DNA of 64,000 bases from positions 122,204,001 to 122,268,000 of the forward strand of contig CM059432.1 in the NCBI GenBank assembly GCA_030390025.1, written 5' to 3'. The notes under the pieces were generated by a model. It saw only the letters and a program-made list of their open reading frames with translations. It did no database searches and had not been told where the DNA came from. This stretch comes from Squalus acanthias (lineage: Eukaryota). Position numbers and translations under genes: made by a program. Positions 24,984 to 38,886 of this stretch are shown here, one piece after another; positions within the stretch are counted from its first letter, which is position 1; each line of letters begins with the position of its first letter.

Positions 24984-27900
24984 GTCCTTGTGCACCAGTC
25001 GCTGAAAGTAAGCATGCAGGTGCAGCAGGCGGTGAAGAAGGCAAATGGTATGTTGGCCTTCATAGCAAAAGGGTTTGAGTATAGGAACAGGGATGTCCTG
25101 CTGCAGTTGTACAGGGCCTTGGTGAGACCACACCTTGAGTACTGTGTACAGTTTTGGTCGCCTTATCTGAGGAAGGATGTTCTTGCCATGGAAGGAGTTC
25201 AGCGAAGATTCACAAGGCTGATACCTGGGATGGCAGGAATGACATATGAGGAGAGATTGGGTCAATTGGGCTTATACTCACTGGAGTATAGAAGAATGAG
25301 AGGGGATCTCATCGAAACATATAAAATTCTGACAGGTCTGGACAAACTAGATGCAGGAAGAATGTTCCCGATGGTCGGAGAGTCCAGAACCAGGGGTCAT
25401 AATCTACGGATAACGGGTAAACCATTTAGGACAGAAATGAGGAAGAATTTCTTCACCCAGAGAGTGGTGAACCTGTGGAATTCTCTACCACAGAAGGTAG
25501 TTGAGGCGAAGTCATTAAATATATTCAAGGATGAGTTAGATATATTTCTTAAAGCTAAAGGTTTCAAGGGATATGGGGAGAAGGCAGGTACAGGGTACTG
25601 AGTTTAGATGATCAGCCATGATCTCATCGAATGGCGGAGCAGGCTCGAGGGGCCGAATGGCCTACTCCTGCTCCTATCTTCTATGTTTCTATGTTTCTAT
25701 GACCCTGCAAGGTCCTTATCTGACTCCTCGACAGCAGAACTCGTGTGTGACCTTGCACCCCGGGAAGGTGGCACTTATTGTTTCCCTTCCACCCGGTGTG
25801 GCTACTGCCCACTAGTGCCCACTGCGTCCCACTGTGAGGATCTGTGTTCTACCCTAGCCTCTAAGTTACGCGTGGTCCCGGTCTCTGAGCTGGTGCCTGC
25901 GACAGTGGTAGCGATTGAAGCACTGCCATCATCCTCACTCTCCTTCTCCTCCTCCTTCTCCTCTTCCTCTGGGAGAGCGAGGTGGATCTTCCTCCTCTTC
26001 CAGTTCCTCTGGGGAGGGGCAAGGTGGATCTTGCTCCTGGGAGCCTGCAATAATAAAGCTAGAAGGATTAGGGTGCAGCGTGTGTGGCCCCTATAGGAGG
26101 ATGTGTGTGATGAGACCATATGGAGTTTGCGAATGAGGATAAGTTTGGGGATTAGGGATCAGGAATAGTTGTGGAGATGTAAGGAAACTGGAGTGGCCAC
26201 ATACCTCTAGGTGAGATGTCCCCTGCTCTGCCTATGGCCACAGCATCTGCCACTCCCCGCCTGATCACTGCTAGCACTGCCTCCTCAAGGGGAATGATCT
26301 CATGCAGTTGTGCTTCCCCTCCCCTGGTACGGTCCTGCTGGCGTCTGTTATGTGTTATCTTGTCCTGGAAGAGAAAGAGTGGTGGTTGTGAATGAGTCTA
26401 TTGGCAGCTGTGTTTGTGTGTGTGTGTGATGCCTCACATGATAGAACAGCTGTTTGTGTCTGAGGTGTGAGTAGTACCTGTGAAGGATGCAATAGTGTGG
26501 GACGTGTGAATGTCAGTGTGTTGAGGTGGTGATGCTGGTGGTGGTGCAGTTATTGAGAAGTGTGTTTGTGAGATGGGATCTTACCTTGACCACTCATGTC
26601 AAGTCATTAAATATTTTAAAAAGGTGTGTCTTATTAGCATGGCATCCACTTAGCACCTGTTTTCACCCTTTCCCCAAAATAACCCCCATTATGTTGCCCA
26701 TGCCTCCATGGAGGCTGTGAAGAAAATACCACTGGCATTCTGAAGCAGCACTTCCAGTGTTTGGAGGAGTCAGGGAGTAAGTTGCAGTACCAACCTAGAA
26801 AAAGTCTCTCACATCATCACTGCTTGTTGCATCCTTCACAATATTGCAACTGACAGGGTATCTATGTTGAGGAACAAATACAGGTTGATGAAGATCAGAT
26901 GTAGATGACCAGGATGCAAAGAAGGAGAAGCAAAGGCCGCTGCAGTGACAGTGATATATCAATTCCCCACAAACCATCATCTTCACCAAGCCCACCATTA
27001 AATGTGGAAATAGAAACAGAAAATGCAAGAAAGACTCAGCAAGTCAGGCAACACCTGTGGAGCGAGAAACAGAGTTAACGTTTCAGGTCGATGGCCTTTC
27101 ATTATAAATGTGGAAAGCTATGCATTGCTTACAAACTACTATTGCTCTCTCAGCAACACCTTACATCGCTCAAGCTGCTTCTCAGTGAAGGTCCTGTGTC
27201 AGGAGCAGCTGCAGCTGTACTTCCACAAGAGGCTCCTGGGAATGTGGTAGCTCTTGATCTCTGTCAGCAGGCCCCATGAGAAGCCTGCTTTGGGTTGTGG
27301 AACTTCCACTAATATACCTTTATCTTGGCCCTGCTCACTTACTGAATCCAATGAAGTCATGAGGGTTGCGGGGAGGACTGCAGTGGTAGGGCTTCCATTA
27401 TGAATGATAGAGAGAAATGTCATCTCTATGCAGTTCCGTCCAGCCCCTGCTAGAAGCCTCCATGTCATGGTGCCTTTTGATCTATGTCATTTCAGCAATG
27501 ACATTGTTGAAGCACCAATATCTCTCACCATTGGAGCCATCTATATGTGATAACTTCTCCAAGGAGGAGGTTACACTAAAGACCAAGGCCTTCATGGCTT
27601 CAAGCATTTAGGTTAACGGCAGGTCAGAACTTCCACCCACTACTGTGACCCCCACCGTGAACCCACTGAAGTTTTCTGAACTGGCCTTCATTAGTTTTGC
27701 TTGAGCAGAAAAACGGCAATCAAAGGGACATCAATGGCACTACAGTATCTAAAAGGTTAAACAGGCACCCTTTTTTCATCAGGGAGCAGTGAAACAGTGC
27801 AGCAATGGATCAGGAAGCAACAGGGCATCAACATGAAGGGCTCCCATATTTACTGATGCATCGGCTGATGTTGTATGCACAGAAATGAAGGTGAGAAGGA

Positions 27901-28979
27901 CTCCTGGGGACTGAGAATAGGAAGCCGCGTGAGAGGTCAGGAGATAGTAAGAATTTAGACACAAGGAGTAGACATGGTGGAAAGAAGTAGTAATAGATAG
28001 TGTTTGAAATTATTGTTACAATTTGGAAAATAATATACCGAAAATAAAAAATTGACTTCAAAGATCATCTCTTTGAATGTATGCAATGTAGCCAGACTGA
28101 CTAGATGGAGTATGCGAGCATGAGAATTATATTACTGAGGCAAGGTACAGGTGCCTTTGGGAATGCAGGCTTTAATGAGGCAGTGGAGGGTGTGGGGTTA
28201 CCAGCTATGAGAGAGGTATCTTTATTTCTCTGGGCAACCTTTTTTTTAATTGAAAGCAATTAGCAGTAAGATGCAGCCTCCTTTCTCTAGTTGCGAGCTG
28301 ATGGATCTTTTGCTCCACCTCCTCTCCCTCATGTGAAACCTTCTTTTGACATGGGCCCGTCTCTCTCTTCTTTATCATCTTCCTATTCAGCTTCTGGAAG
28401 TCGCAATCCTTTCTGCATAGCAACATTGTGCTGCAGTCAGCAGGCTATGAGAATTCTGGGCACTCTTGCTGGGTTGAACTGCATGGCTCCACCCGATCTG
28501 TCCAGGCACCTAAAATGAGACTCCAGAATGCCAATGATCTGCACTTTTATATTTGCTGCCTCTCTCTAGCTGTGGATGTCATACTCGAGTAATTATCCAT
28601 AACTGGTGATATCCATGATCACCAATTAAATACCCTGAAACATGACTCTGAGTCATCAGGGCTGGTATAGTAGATTGTTGCATGATAAAAGCATCATGAC
28701 TGCCTCTTGGGTAAAAGCCATTAAGGTGCAGAATAAAGTGATTTGCATTCCACACTTACTGGACATATTAATCATTTTCCTACTCACGAGTTTGAGGGAT
28801 TTGTTGTATGGGGCTTTCAAGGCCACACGTGGTCTTTCAGTTGCTCCCTACACCTATGGCATTGGACTGCTCACTCTCTTTGCTTTGCAGGTTCCATTGA
28901 GAAGGGAATGAACTGCAGGCATGCCTGAACAGAGCATCAGTGACCATCTTTATACAATAGTGAGCTGCTGCCCGACTGG

Positions 28980-31710
28980 AAAAAGAAAGAAGAGCGTGCA
29001 TTTACATAGCACCTTCCATGGCCTTAGAATGTCCCATAATAATTCACAGCTAAGTACTTTTGAAGTGTAGTTATCAATGTACCATAGGCAAAAGCAGCAG
29101 CCAATTTGTGCACAGCAAAGCCCCGCAAACAGCAATGAGATAAATGACCAGATAATGGCTGTGCAATTCAGGGGTGTAGCGCCGGCTGTTAAGGCCGGTT
29201 TTGCTAAAAAAAAATGGCGGCCGCCTGCTTCCAACGCAGAACACGCAGCCACCATTTTGGAGAAATTGTTAGTGCTGCCGTTGCCTGCACTCACCACTCA
29301 CATGTAAATATGCAGATTGTGACGTCAATTGGCGTGCAATGCCTGAATTGAGTCACGACTGCGACTTTGGATGTCGCCCCGCTGCACACCGCCCTCTCCA
29401 AACCACGCAAGGAAGAACGTGCACACAGCAGTAATACAGAGATGCTGCCAGCGCTTCTTAAAGGGACACACTCATCTTTCAGGTAAGTTTTGACTTCGGC
29501 TTTTGGACTTTTTTTTACATTTATTGGAGTAGTGGCTTGGTGCAATGCATTTAAAACATTGTTAAAGTGTGCAGGGAGTGCTGCTGGACACTTGCAAGAC
29601 TTTGGATGTTAAAGGAAGGCCTCTGAGAACATCACTTGCTCCCAGACTTGGGGGCTTTAGTTGCAGTCCCCCTTGACATGGCGATGGAGCAGAGGAAGCA
29701 AAGGGGACGAGTTGCTCGCAGAGGGAGGAGGAAGAAGTAGAAGAGGAAGAAGCAGAAGAGGAAAAGGCAGAAGAGGAGGAAGCAGAAGAGGAGGAAGCAG
29801 AAGGAAGGAGGCAACCCAGACAGCCCCTTACTGGCTGGGATATCCGGGATCAAATCATCCGCCTGTGATACCAGTGAACACAACCCCAATTCCCCTTTCA
29901 ACATTTGTCCTACATCTTACCTTCCCTCTGTTCCTGACCATCACAGCGTCCTCTTGGCCACAATGCTGAAATAAAAGCCACCACAAAGCAAATATTCCAA
30001 TCCAACTTTATCCATATATGCATCCAATATGACATTAAAAAAATCAACTAATCACTCTTATGCATTCTCTTAGTGAAGGTCCTGTGTGTGCCTTTGCCTA
30101 TCCTAGTGATGTCATGCAGTGCTACCCCAGTGGCTGCAGCATGGCTGGTGGAAGGCTGCTGACTTTCAGTGGGGGACACTGCAGATGGTCTTGCAGGAAG
30201 ACCTCGAAGAGCTGGTGACTGGGAGTGTGAAATCGAGTGATGATGTTTCTTCTTCTTCTTCACTCTCCTCTCCCTCTTCTTGGTCAACCATTGGCTGGGC
30301 AGGCTGGATTTCTTGGGTGTGTGAAATAAGAAAGGCACAAGGGTAGATTTGTGATGAGGGGAGGTGGGAAAACAATAAGTGCATGCTGACAACATGTGCA
30401 GCTTGTACATCATGTGGAGATGCCGGCGTTGGACTGGGGTGGACAAAAATGAGAAGTCGCACAACACCAGGTTATAGTCCAACAGATTTATTTAATTTTA
30501 CTTGTACATCAGAAGAGCTTGTGGGATGAGGGGGAAGTTGGATGTGAGAAGGAGGATAATGTATGAGGATACCAGCATTTTGTTTGCTTTCAGCCCCGCC
30601 GCTGGCCAAGGGCTCAGCCATGCCCCTGCCAAGAATGGCCAGCACCATCTCCTCCGATGTGGGATGAATCTGGGAATGTGAGGTGTGTCTCGTGTTTGGT
30701 AGAGATTGTTGGTAGGTGAGTGATGGGAGGGGGGTGCGGGCGTCATGCATTTTGCAGTGTCTGAGGGTAGTGGTGCAGTTGGTAGTAGACGGCTTTTGAA
30801 GATGAATTTACTGACCATGGCCACTCGTCTGAGGTCATGAAACTTCTTTGGGCACTGGAGCCAGATCCTGGGGGCGTCACTGCCAGCAGTGATGGCTTTG
30901 GCAATCTGGCCCCATATCCTTCTTTCTGGGGGGCCTCCTAGCCCCCTGTGGGTAGAGGACATCTCTTCTAGTGTTGACCCCTGCACAAAGCTCGAGTCCT
31001 GCATTCGACCCTGGGTGCCCTTTCCCTGGCTTGTTGAGCCATTTAGTGCTGAATAACTTTTACCGTTTTTTATGTGCAGAAGGCAGTTCAGCATTAAGAG
31101 CTGTAGACTGCCTAGTTTGGAATGATTTTTAATTTTTTTGCAGAAGGCAGTTCAGCTTTAAGGGCTAGAGACTGTCTAGTTTTGAATGATTTTTTTTTCG
31201 GAAGGCTGTTCACCTTTAATGGCTAGAGACTTGAAAACTAACAGCCTAGCTTTAAGGAAATGCAGCATCGCTCCAGCAACGCGCCCTTGGGCCTCCTGCT
31301 GAGTGCACAGCCTGTCAGCAGCGTGATAGTCACTGGGTTGTGCGCTAAAATCATTTAAATTAGCAGGCAGCACCAAAATGATGGGCTGCCTACACTATCT
31401 AAACGGGCGCAAGCAAATCTCACCTCGCGGTGCCCGCGGCCATTTTCAGGCCTTATCGAATTTCCCTGCCAACCTGTTTTAATGATGAGGGATGAATGTT
31501 GGCTAGGACAGCTGGTGAACTTTCCCGCTCTTTGAATAGTGCAATGGAATCTTTTCTGTCCATCTCTGTCTCATAGAAAGACAACCCCTCTGACAGCGCA
31601 GCACTTCCTCAGTACTGCACCAGCGTGTCAACCCTAGATTATGTGCTCAACTATCTGGAGTGGGGCTTGAATCCACAACCTTCTGACACAGAGACAAGAG
31701 TGCTACCATT
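28980..31710 (-). repeat. Deu-domain tRNA-derived SINE (SacSINE1/AmnSINE1-like), split by the element at 29157-31470
   Basis: Reverse complement of the SINE at 36808-37225. ...AATGACCAGATAAT | CTGTTTT... rejoins across the insertion. Confidence 0.8.
29157..31470. mobile_element. Non-autonomous Harbinger derivative
   Basis: Imperfect TIR GGCTGTGCAATTC / GAATTTCCCTGCC. TSD AAT/AAC. Decayed Myb exon on the minus strand (WGQIAKAI...RIWLQCPKKFHDLRRV, ~30815-31000) and a C-terminal homolog QQPSTSHAAATGV. Confidence 0.8.
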
Positions 31711-33105
31711 AATCCAAGGTTGATATAACTAATATGACAAAGGCTGCCAAAGGCTGCCTGATCAGATCCATTGGAAAAAAAACCCACAAGGTAGTGCGGG
31801 CTTTAACTGCTACAGGTAATGTTGTGCTCCTGATTGAAGTGGTCTGCAGCTCTTATCCAGCTGGAATAATTCTTCAATAGCATCCTAGGTGAAGCACAAC
31901 CTTCTGAGGCACTGACAGGTAGAGAATTCTAAGACCTTCTAAATCTTTAAACCCTGTGGAGGTGATATGACATGTTGAAAACAAACATGTTCTGTGATGT
32001 CTTTTGTGATGCCTCACTCTACAGTTCCTCTAACCCAGCCTCCTTCATTTCCACATCCTTTCCCGCTTCATAATATTGGAAAAAAGAGATTCCCATTGGG
32101 AAATCTAATTCCCCAGTTCAGAGAAGGCCCAGAGCACCAAACAGCAAAAAGTGATGGCCAGGCAAAGTTTCACAATGTTTCAGATATATCGGCAAAGATG
32201 GCCTCCTCAGTGCTTTATCTGCCTCAGGTACGCCGCTGTGCTGCTCATGCTGGCACTCACATAGCAGTGGTGTTTCCTGTGGTCAGCTCAGTGGCATGAA
32301 TAAGGGGGCAATTACATGAGGATCTTGGCCATGCCCACACAACCCCATTTCCATGTATCAAAGTGGGCTGGTGGCAGGCAGTAATGGTGACTGGCTAGAT
32401 TAACAAAGAAGAATTCTGGTGAGCATTTTTGGGGCATGGTAATTGCAGTAATCAAAACTGTGCCATTTTACTCCTTTTTACACGACAAAACCATCCAAAA
32501 AAACCATATTTTGCTTTGAAGTTGGCTTCACAATCAAGCTTAACAATATGAGCAATCCTAAAACACAACTCGAAAAGGCGCTTTGTTTGCACAGCTAGTT
32601 TGACAACAAACAGTTCTGTATTTAAAGCAATTAATATACAGGTCCTAAAATATACCTTAATGCTAACACTGTCAAAATATCACATGATGTTATTGACAAG
32701 CAATTCAAAAGCTCAGACATCCACATAGAATAAAATGATGATTACTGCTGACAAATACAATTGACAGGACTGAGAAATAATCAACATAAAATGTCCTGAA
32801 TCAATAATCCACAAACCAACTTAAACACAAATCAAAGGGAATTTACTTATAGCATCTCAGAGACGCAGCTGGCAAATGCCATTTTAAACAGACCAGCATC
32901 CATTTTAACCTTTGTTACCATTGCTGTACAAATATAGACGAACGAGACTACCAAAAAAAAATTATAAATTCAGATTTCAGGTTTGGATGCAAGGTTAGGG
33001 AGTCCAAAATGCAGATGCACAAATCTGGAATTGAAATGTTATAATCACTTTGATAAAAAAGATAAAAGTCCTTTCAATGGGGATTCAGACACACACTCAG
33101 TATAC

Positions 33106-34732
33106 AGCCGCGATTTTGCCGGTGCTCAGCACACGGGATGGGTGACGGGTCAGCTGTGAAATTTAAAATGATTGACAGTGCGTCGGGACTCCGCTGTCAA
33201 AATGCGCACACCTGCATTTCCCGATGTCGGATCTGCCAGCTCTGAGCAGACCCAACAGGCTGCGGCAGGGGACCCAATTCAAATCATTAGTGGCTTGTTT
33301 ACAGACACTTAACAATGCTTTTATTCCCAGCTGTTTAACTTTCACAGGTCTCCCATGGGTTTCCCGCTGTGCCTGGACCTCATTATGAAGCTGAGGTGGG
33401 AGGTCAGTGGCCATTGAATCAGTTGGTGAGTTGACAGCTTCAAATGTCAAAGCTGCCAGCTGATTCAGATATCCTCCGTTAAGCACTAGCTTCTCTAAAC
33501 TGCATTTCCACCACAGATTCACCATGCTGCAAGTCTTTACACAAGTCTCCATCCAGTCTGACTTCATTACCTCTCCTACCATTGACAGATCGCTTCTGTC
33601 ATCTCTACTTCACCGGCCATCTATTTCATCAGCATGGGTGCACTTTATACTCTCTCACTTTGGTCCTCAGAATCTGACCACGATCAGCCCCAATACCAGC
33701 ATCACCAGGCACACCAGCAGCACCAAGAACCACACCAACCTTCTCCACAATCAACTGATGCTGCACAGGACAGAGGACATCAGCACCCAACCACATTGCT
33801 GCCCAGGAAGCCAGGGATGTGCTCACCATGGCCAGATTTACTTCACTTGATGCTGCACACCCTGGCTGCCACATGATGCGCCAGGTTGGCACCGCCCCAC
33901 ACCAACAACCTAAAGCATCCCTACAATGTCCAAGCCATTCCTTTCACACTCATCAGCATTGCGGGGGGTACCGTTATGTCTCACCATTCACTGCAACTCA
34001 CTAAGCCACTTCCAAAGGTGCACAGAAATCTGTCCAAGAACGCAAAGTGTTGAAAATAAAGATTTCAATGTTTGACAGCACATTAACAGAAACTTCACAT
34101 GTATATTCGTTAAAACACACAAGTGCCTACCCTTGTGTGTTGTTAATTGGTATGATTGGACTAGGATGAGGGTGAGTGTGAGGGGTGGCTAGTGAGATGG
34201 GGAAGTGATAATGTAGATAGAGAGGGATGGGTGGAGGTGCAAGGTATGTTGGTGTGAGTAAGGATTTGCAGGAGTTGGGTAGGGAAGGCAGAGTGATGGA
34301 GATGTGATGAGTGGCACAGCAGGATGAGGTTGAGTGTGGCTTTGCAGTAATGTTTCGTGATCTACTGAGATCATTGAGAGGTTTGCGCCACTGCAGCCTG
34401 GTCCCCTGACGACATCCCTGCTTGTGCCCTCCTGTGCAATGCGCAACCAGGCTGCTTTTGTCTCCTGGCGAGGTCTCTTCCACCCATGGGAAGGGAAGAG
34501 GACCTCCCTGCGTGCTGTGACTCCCTCCAGAAGGAAACAGGCTGGTGATGCGTCATCAAATGATGTCATCAGACCTGCTTTCTTCAACTTGCTGGGAAAC
34601 TCGCTGGGCGGGCTTAACAAGCCCAATCTCGGGAAAGTCATGTCGGAGGCCGGGATGGAGCCAACAGTGGGGTCGAGACTCGCCACCAACATCGCCCACC
34701 ATGGACCCGCCGACGTAGGGAAAATCGTGGCC
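33106..34732. mobile_element. Non-autonomous Harbinger derivative (family shared with 61462-63238)
   Basis: TIR AGCCGCGATTTT / AAAATCGTGGCC. TSD TAC (33103-33105, 34733-34735). Myb remnant LEGVTARREVLFPSHGWKRP...AAWLRIAQE on the minus strand. Colinear with the 61462 copy. Confidence 0.85.
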
Positions 34733-34839
34733 TACAAGTCCAAATAGCAGCAATTATTATACATTCTGCATAGTGTAGGTAAAACTGTTAAAGAAGGATA
34801 TGGCTTGATTTCACCTTTGCAAATGAGCATTGATAAGTT

Positions 34840-36180
34840 TATCTGCTGTTGAGAGTTGCTTGCGTCCTGGTCCTAAGCAAAGGTCGAATAGAAACGGTGT
34901 AGTGGTTGAATGAGCAGCCATCAATGTTGGATTGGAGGGGACAGGTGGTTAAAGAGAAGCCTGGTGTTAGAGGAGCAGAAGGGGTGCTAAGGAACATAGG
35001 CAGAGGAAGGTAGAGTGGTGCAAGCTCATGGAGGAATTTGAAAAACTGTTGAAGGCAACTCATTGGGGCACGGAAAGCCAGCAGAGTTTGAAGGGAATTA
35101 GGGGGTGTCATCGACCTGAAATGTTAACTCTGTTCCTCTCTCGACAGATGCTGCCTGACCTGTTGCGTATTTCCAGCATTTTCTGTTTTTATTTCAGATT
35201 TCCAGCATCCGCAGTATTTTCCTTTTGTATTAGAGGTTGAAGGGGATCAGGCTAGTGGGAGAGCAACATTCACTGTGGATGAGGTCACAAGTTGAAGCAT
35301 TAATTGAAAATTGTGGAGGTATAACTACAGGAAGGCTGTCTAGGAAATCAGTTGGGTTTGGTGGCAAAGGAGGGAGGGATGAAGATGGACAATGTGGCAG
35401 AAGTGGAAGAAAGTGGCCTTGAAAATGGAGTGGATTTGAGGGAGGAAGTTGGGTTTGGATAAGAGAGTGAATGTGGTCGACAAAGCTGAACTCAAATCAA
35501 GCAGTAAGGCCAGGTGCATACCTCATAACTCAGCCTGAGGTGACAGCTGGGGAAGCAGAAATCTGTATGTTCTCACTAAAAACAAAGTGATAGCTTTGAC
35601 TTTGCCAACATTAAGCTGAAAGAAATTTTAGCTCATCTGGATCTTGATGTCAGATAGAATTTCAATTAATGGAGGAGGCAGAGAGATAGAGCTGGGTGTC
35701 ATCAGTGTACATGTGGAAGCTGGCTCCACGGTTCTGGATAATCTTGTCAAGGGATAGCATGCCGCTGATGATGAGATGGGAACCAAGGAGGAACCTTGCG
35801 GCACACAGGATGTGAACCTGCGAGAAAAGGTGGAGAAACTGTTGCAAGTGATACAGTGCCACGTTAAAAGAAGGATGAGCAGAACCAGGTGAGAGCAGCA
35901 TCACTAAAGTGAACTGCAAAGAAGACATATTGCAGAAGGATAGAATTGACAATAGCAATGAAGAGTGCACAGAGGTTGAGGAGGATGAGGAGAGACATAG
36001 AGCCATGGTCATAGCCACATAGAGGTAATTTATGACTTTAATTAATATGGTCTCAGTGCTGTGTGTGGAGTAAAAAGTTTTCTAAGTAGTCGTGGTAGGG
36101 GAGGCGGGAGTGTTGTTGCAAGGCAATAAAATGTTCCAGGACTTTGGAGGAAAAGAGAAGTTTAGGGAAAAGGTGGTAAC
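34840..36180 (-). mobile_element. Decayed L2 LINE fragments
   Basis: ASFHMYTDDTQLYLS and other degenerate L2 ORF2 remnants. Confidence 0.65.
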
Positions 36181-36807
36181 TTAGAATAAAACAATCTTTA
36201 AACATTTTCAATTATCACAGCTCCTACAATATAGGCTAAGAGATTTATTACACATGAATTTAATTGCATATGCATTTATTGCAATCCCAATTTCCATTAA
36301 AGAGGTACCGTTTCAAGAAATGTGTTGGACAAATCACTTTTCATTTTTTTTATGAAGATATGATGTAACTAAATTGAAACAAATCATGGTGTCAATAGTG
36401 CCTGCCATCATCATGGTGAAAATGATGGATGGCTCCCTCAACAAACAAATGGTTTGCCAAACATTTTTTTAATGAAGGCAGTTCCCCTTTAAATACAGCG
36501 GTTTCACATGTGCTTAAGACCTCATGTAACGGGCTGGGTCCAAAGCCATTTAATCATCTTCCCTTTAAACAACCAGGGATCGGATGGATCTTTGCCCATC
36601 ATGAACCTACAACTTTCTTTCCATTCTCAGGGGTAAAAATAAAGTAACGCTGCCTGATGTGTTACTGAGCCACACAGACCAGGTTCAGTCCTTGCCTGTG
36701 CTGAGTTTAGTGATCTCAACCAGGATGATAGTGATGGTGCTATAATTGACCATGCATCCATTGGCAAGTAGAAAATCAGCCAGGGTTCATCTCATATGTC
36801 AGCCATT

Positions 36808-37225
36808 ACTTAGTGGCAACACTCTCGCCTCTCAGTCTGAAGGTTGTGGGTTCAAGCCCAACTCCAGAGATTTGAGCACATAATTGAGGCTGGCACTTCA
36901 GTACCGTATGCTGCACTGTCAGAGGTGCCGTCCTTTGGATGACATGTCTTCACTCTCAAGTGAACTTAAAGATCCCACAGCACTATTCGAAGAATAGCTG
37001 GGGAGTTCTCCCCAGTGCCAACAGTTATCCCTCGACCAGAACCTAAAACAGATTATCTGGTCATTATCACATTGCTGTTTGTGGGAGCTTGCTGTGCGCA
37101 AATTGGCTGCCCGCATTTCTACATTATAACAGTGATTAAACTTCAAAAGTGCTTCATTGGCTGTAAAGCGCTTTGGGATGTTCTGAGGTCTTGAAAAGTG
37201 TTTATAATGCAAGTCCTTTCTTTCA
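36808..37225 (+). repeat. Deu-domain SINE (SacSINE1/AmnSINE1-like), inserted in an older tRNA-SINE-like repeat (~36660-37410)
   Basis: tRNA-like head with B box GGTTCAAGCCC; central ACAGATTATCTGGTCATTATCACATTGCTGTTTGTGGGAGCTTGCTGTGCGCAAATTGGCTGCC; tail TGTAAAGCGCTTTGGGATG...AATGCAAGTCCTTTCTTTC. Confidence 0.8.
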
Positions 37226-38886
37226 TATAACCATTATCCAGTGGCCTGTGCTAGATAGTGTACTTGTGTAGATATCAGAAGACAGGATCAGGCTTGGCTC
37301 AACCCTCCCCGTGATCAAATAACCTGTTGATATTCACAGCCAATATTGGCATGAGGGAGGTACACTTAGAGAGGGTCACCAGGACCTATGGAATTATACC
37401 CTAGAATCAGTCAACAATATTAGGACAGGAGGAAGAAAGAGAGAAGAAATAAAGTATAGCTGCTTTTCATACCATCTCATTTCTCAAAGCGCACCACATA
37501 GTGGCAGGCAGTGACTGTTGGAAGAAAAGAAAAGGAAGAAACAAAAAGCACCTCTTCACTTCACAATTATGGCAGCAGGACACAAAAACTTTCAGCACAT
37601 ATAGTTCTTTTGCACCTGGACACCACCCTTTTATTTTGAAAGAAGCAGGCAACATACAAATACTCACTTAACAGGAAAAGTTTAGATATTGGCGAATACA
37701 GTTGAAGTGGGCGCTAGGCAGACAGAGTGCATCCTAAGTGCGCTCCACTTAAGTGATCAGAACCCCTCTATATTTCTGAGTTCAGGTCATTTAATGACCC
37801 AGATGTACCCTGCTACAAGCCCACTCCCTGGCAGGGCCTAGCACCTGAGAAGCCTGCAGCAGCAGCAATGGCTGCTGTGGTTGGGGCCTTCTGTCTGCTG
37901 TCCAGAAACAACAGCCAAAAGGCCTCCAGCCAAGCTATGGCCCAACATCCCTGTAAATAACAAAAAAGGACTTATCTTCAGGGCCACTGTTCGCCCCCTC
38001 CAATTTTCTGACTGGAGAGGGGCTGGGCATAGGGCCTTAGGACTAATTGTGCAGGGCACTCAGCTAGCAAAGGAACAGGACAATATGGCAGGATGTCAGA
38101 GATGTTCCTCCAGCTTCATTCAAATGACTACCCCTGGCCACTGCCTATTGCAAGGACAGGCATTCGACCCCTTCAGGGGAATCCCAGTAAATACCAGAGA
38201 CATGTTAAGGACAATGAAAAGGGGACAGAGACTGAGCATCATTGGCCTTTACCCCATTACTTGTGGATTGCGCCCTGAGAATAAGCTACTCGCAGAAGAA
38301 TAGGCCCTAACTAGTTTGTCAGCTAATGAAAAATCAAAAGACAGGTGAACCTTTTGGGGATAGATCCTTCATCAAAACCCTGAGTGCCAAGCTGAAACTT
38401 TAATCTATTGTTTTATTTTATTTTCAGACGCTGACAGACCTATTACGTATTTTCAGTTTCCATTGTGCATTTGGAGCAGTCCCATTTTCTTACAGCTCCA
38501 GCTTTTATTCTATGTTGCCTGTTCTCTGTGCAGCCAGCACAATATTTAAGAACACGAGATCCTCCTCATCCACAAAGAAAGCCGATGCTTCTTTCCTGAA
38601 AGGGTGAAGGACTTACTATCAACAGTACAGCAAGACTCAGTCGCTCAGCAGGGATTAAAAAACAAGACCCTGCTGAGGCTGGGCAGGGAATCAGATGTGA
38701 CAATAGCCTAATTTCCAGCAGATCTGGCCTATATTTCATCTGATGAAGCCAATTTAACGAGGTTTATTACAGCTTTTAAAACCATTGTCGAGTTTTGCAC
38801 ACTTTATTAGTCTCAAATAAGCATGATGGCAAAAATCCAGGTGTCCTTATTACTTCAATTTTTTCAGTAATCTACTTAATCTTAGT

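Larger units (their letters stand above)
16701..25701 (+). mobile_element. CR1 LINE (HER1-like): 3' part of ORF1 plus complete ORF2 with few lesions, interrupted by a Harbinger (17069-21171) and a solo LTR (23357-24983)
   Basis: ORF1 SGNH-esterase tail QMNTWLEEWCKGEGFKFLRHW..DVLHL. ORF2 LKA|LCLNARSI...GITETWL, GDFN, SDHN, PGPD, DFQKAFDKVPH, GVPQGSVLGP, FADDTK, RDLGV|LVHQSLKV. 3' tail ending in (TTCTATGT)n. Confidence 0.95.
15990..26780 (-). pseudogene. Old Harbinger Myb-like gene remnant, present as ~15990-16700 and ~25702-26780 around the inserted CR1
   Basis: KIFNDLT*VVK followed by a GTAAG donor at ~26585; acidic stretch EEEEKEEEKESED at ~25930-25970; coiled-coil-like segment (LSSMERLANSI..., AAIEAQAAAMVALGSSVERGL) at 16124-16601 resembling exon 3 of the intact gene. 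Confidence 0.65.

Noticed and set aside
31073..31230. Three ~60-bp tandem units (and short repeats at 16367-16482, 25962-26040, 29716-29800) as an array or CRISPR
   Set aside because: Degenerate tandem duplications or low-complexity coding repeats inside Harbinger derivatives; no unique spacers, and the context is eukaryotic.
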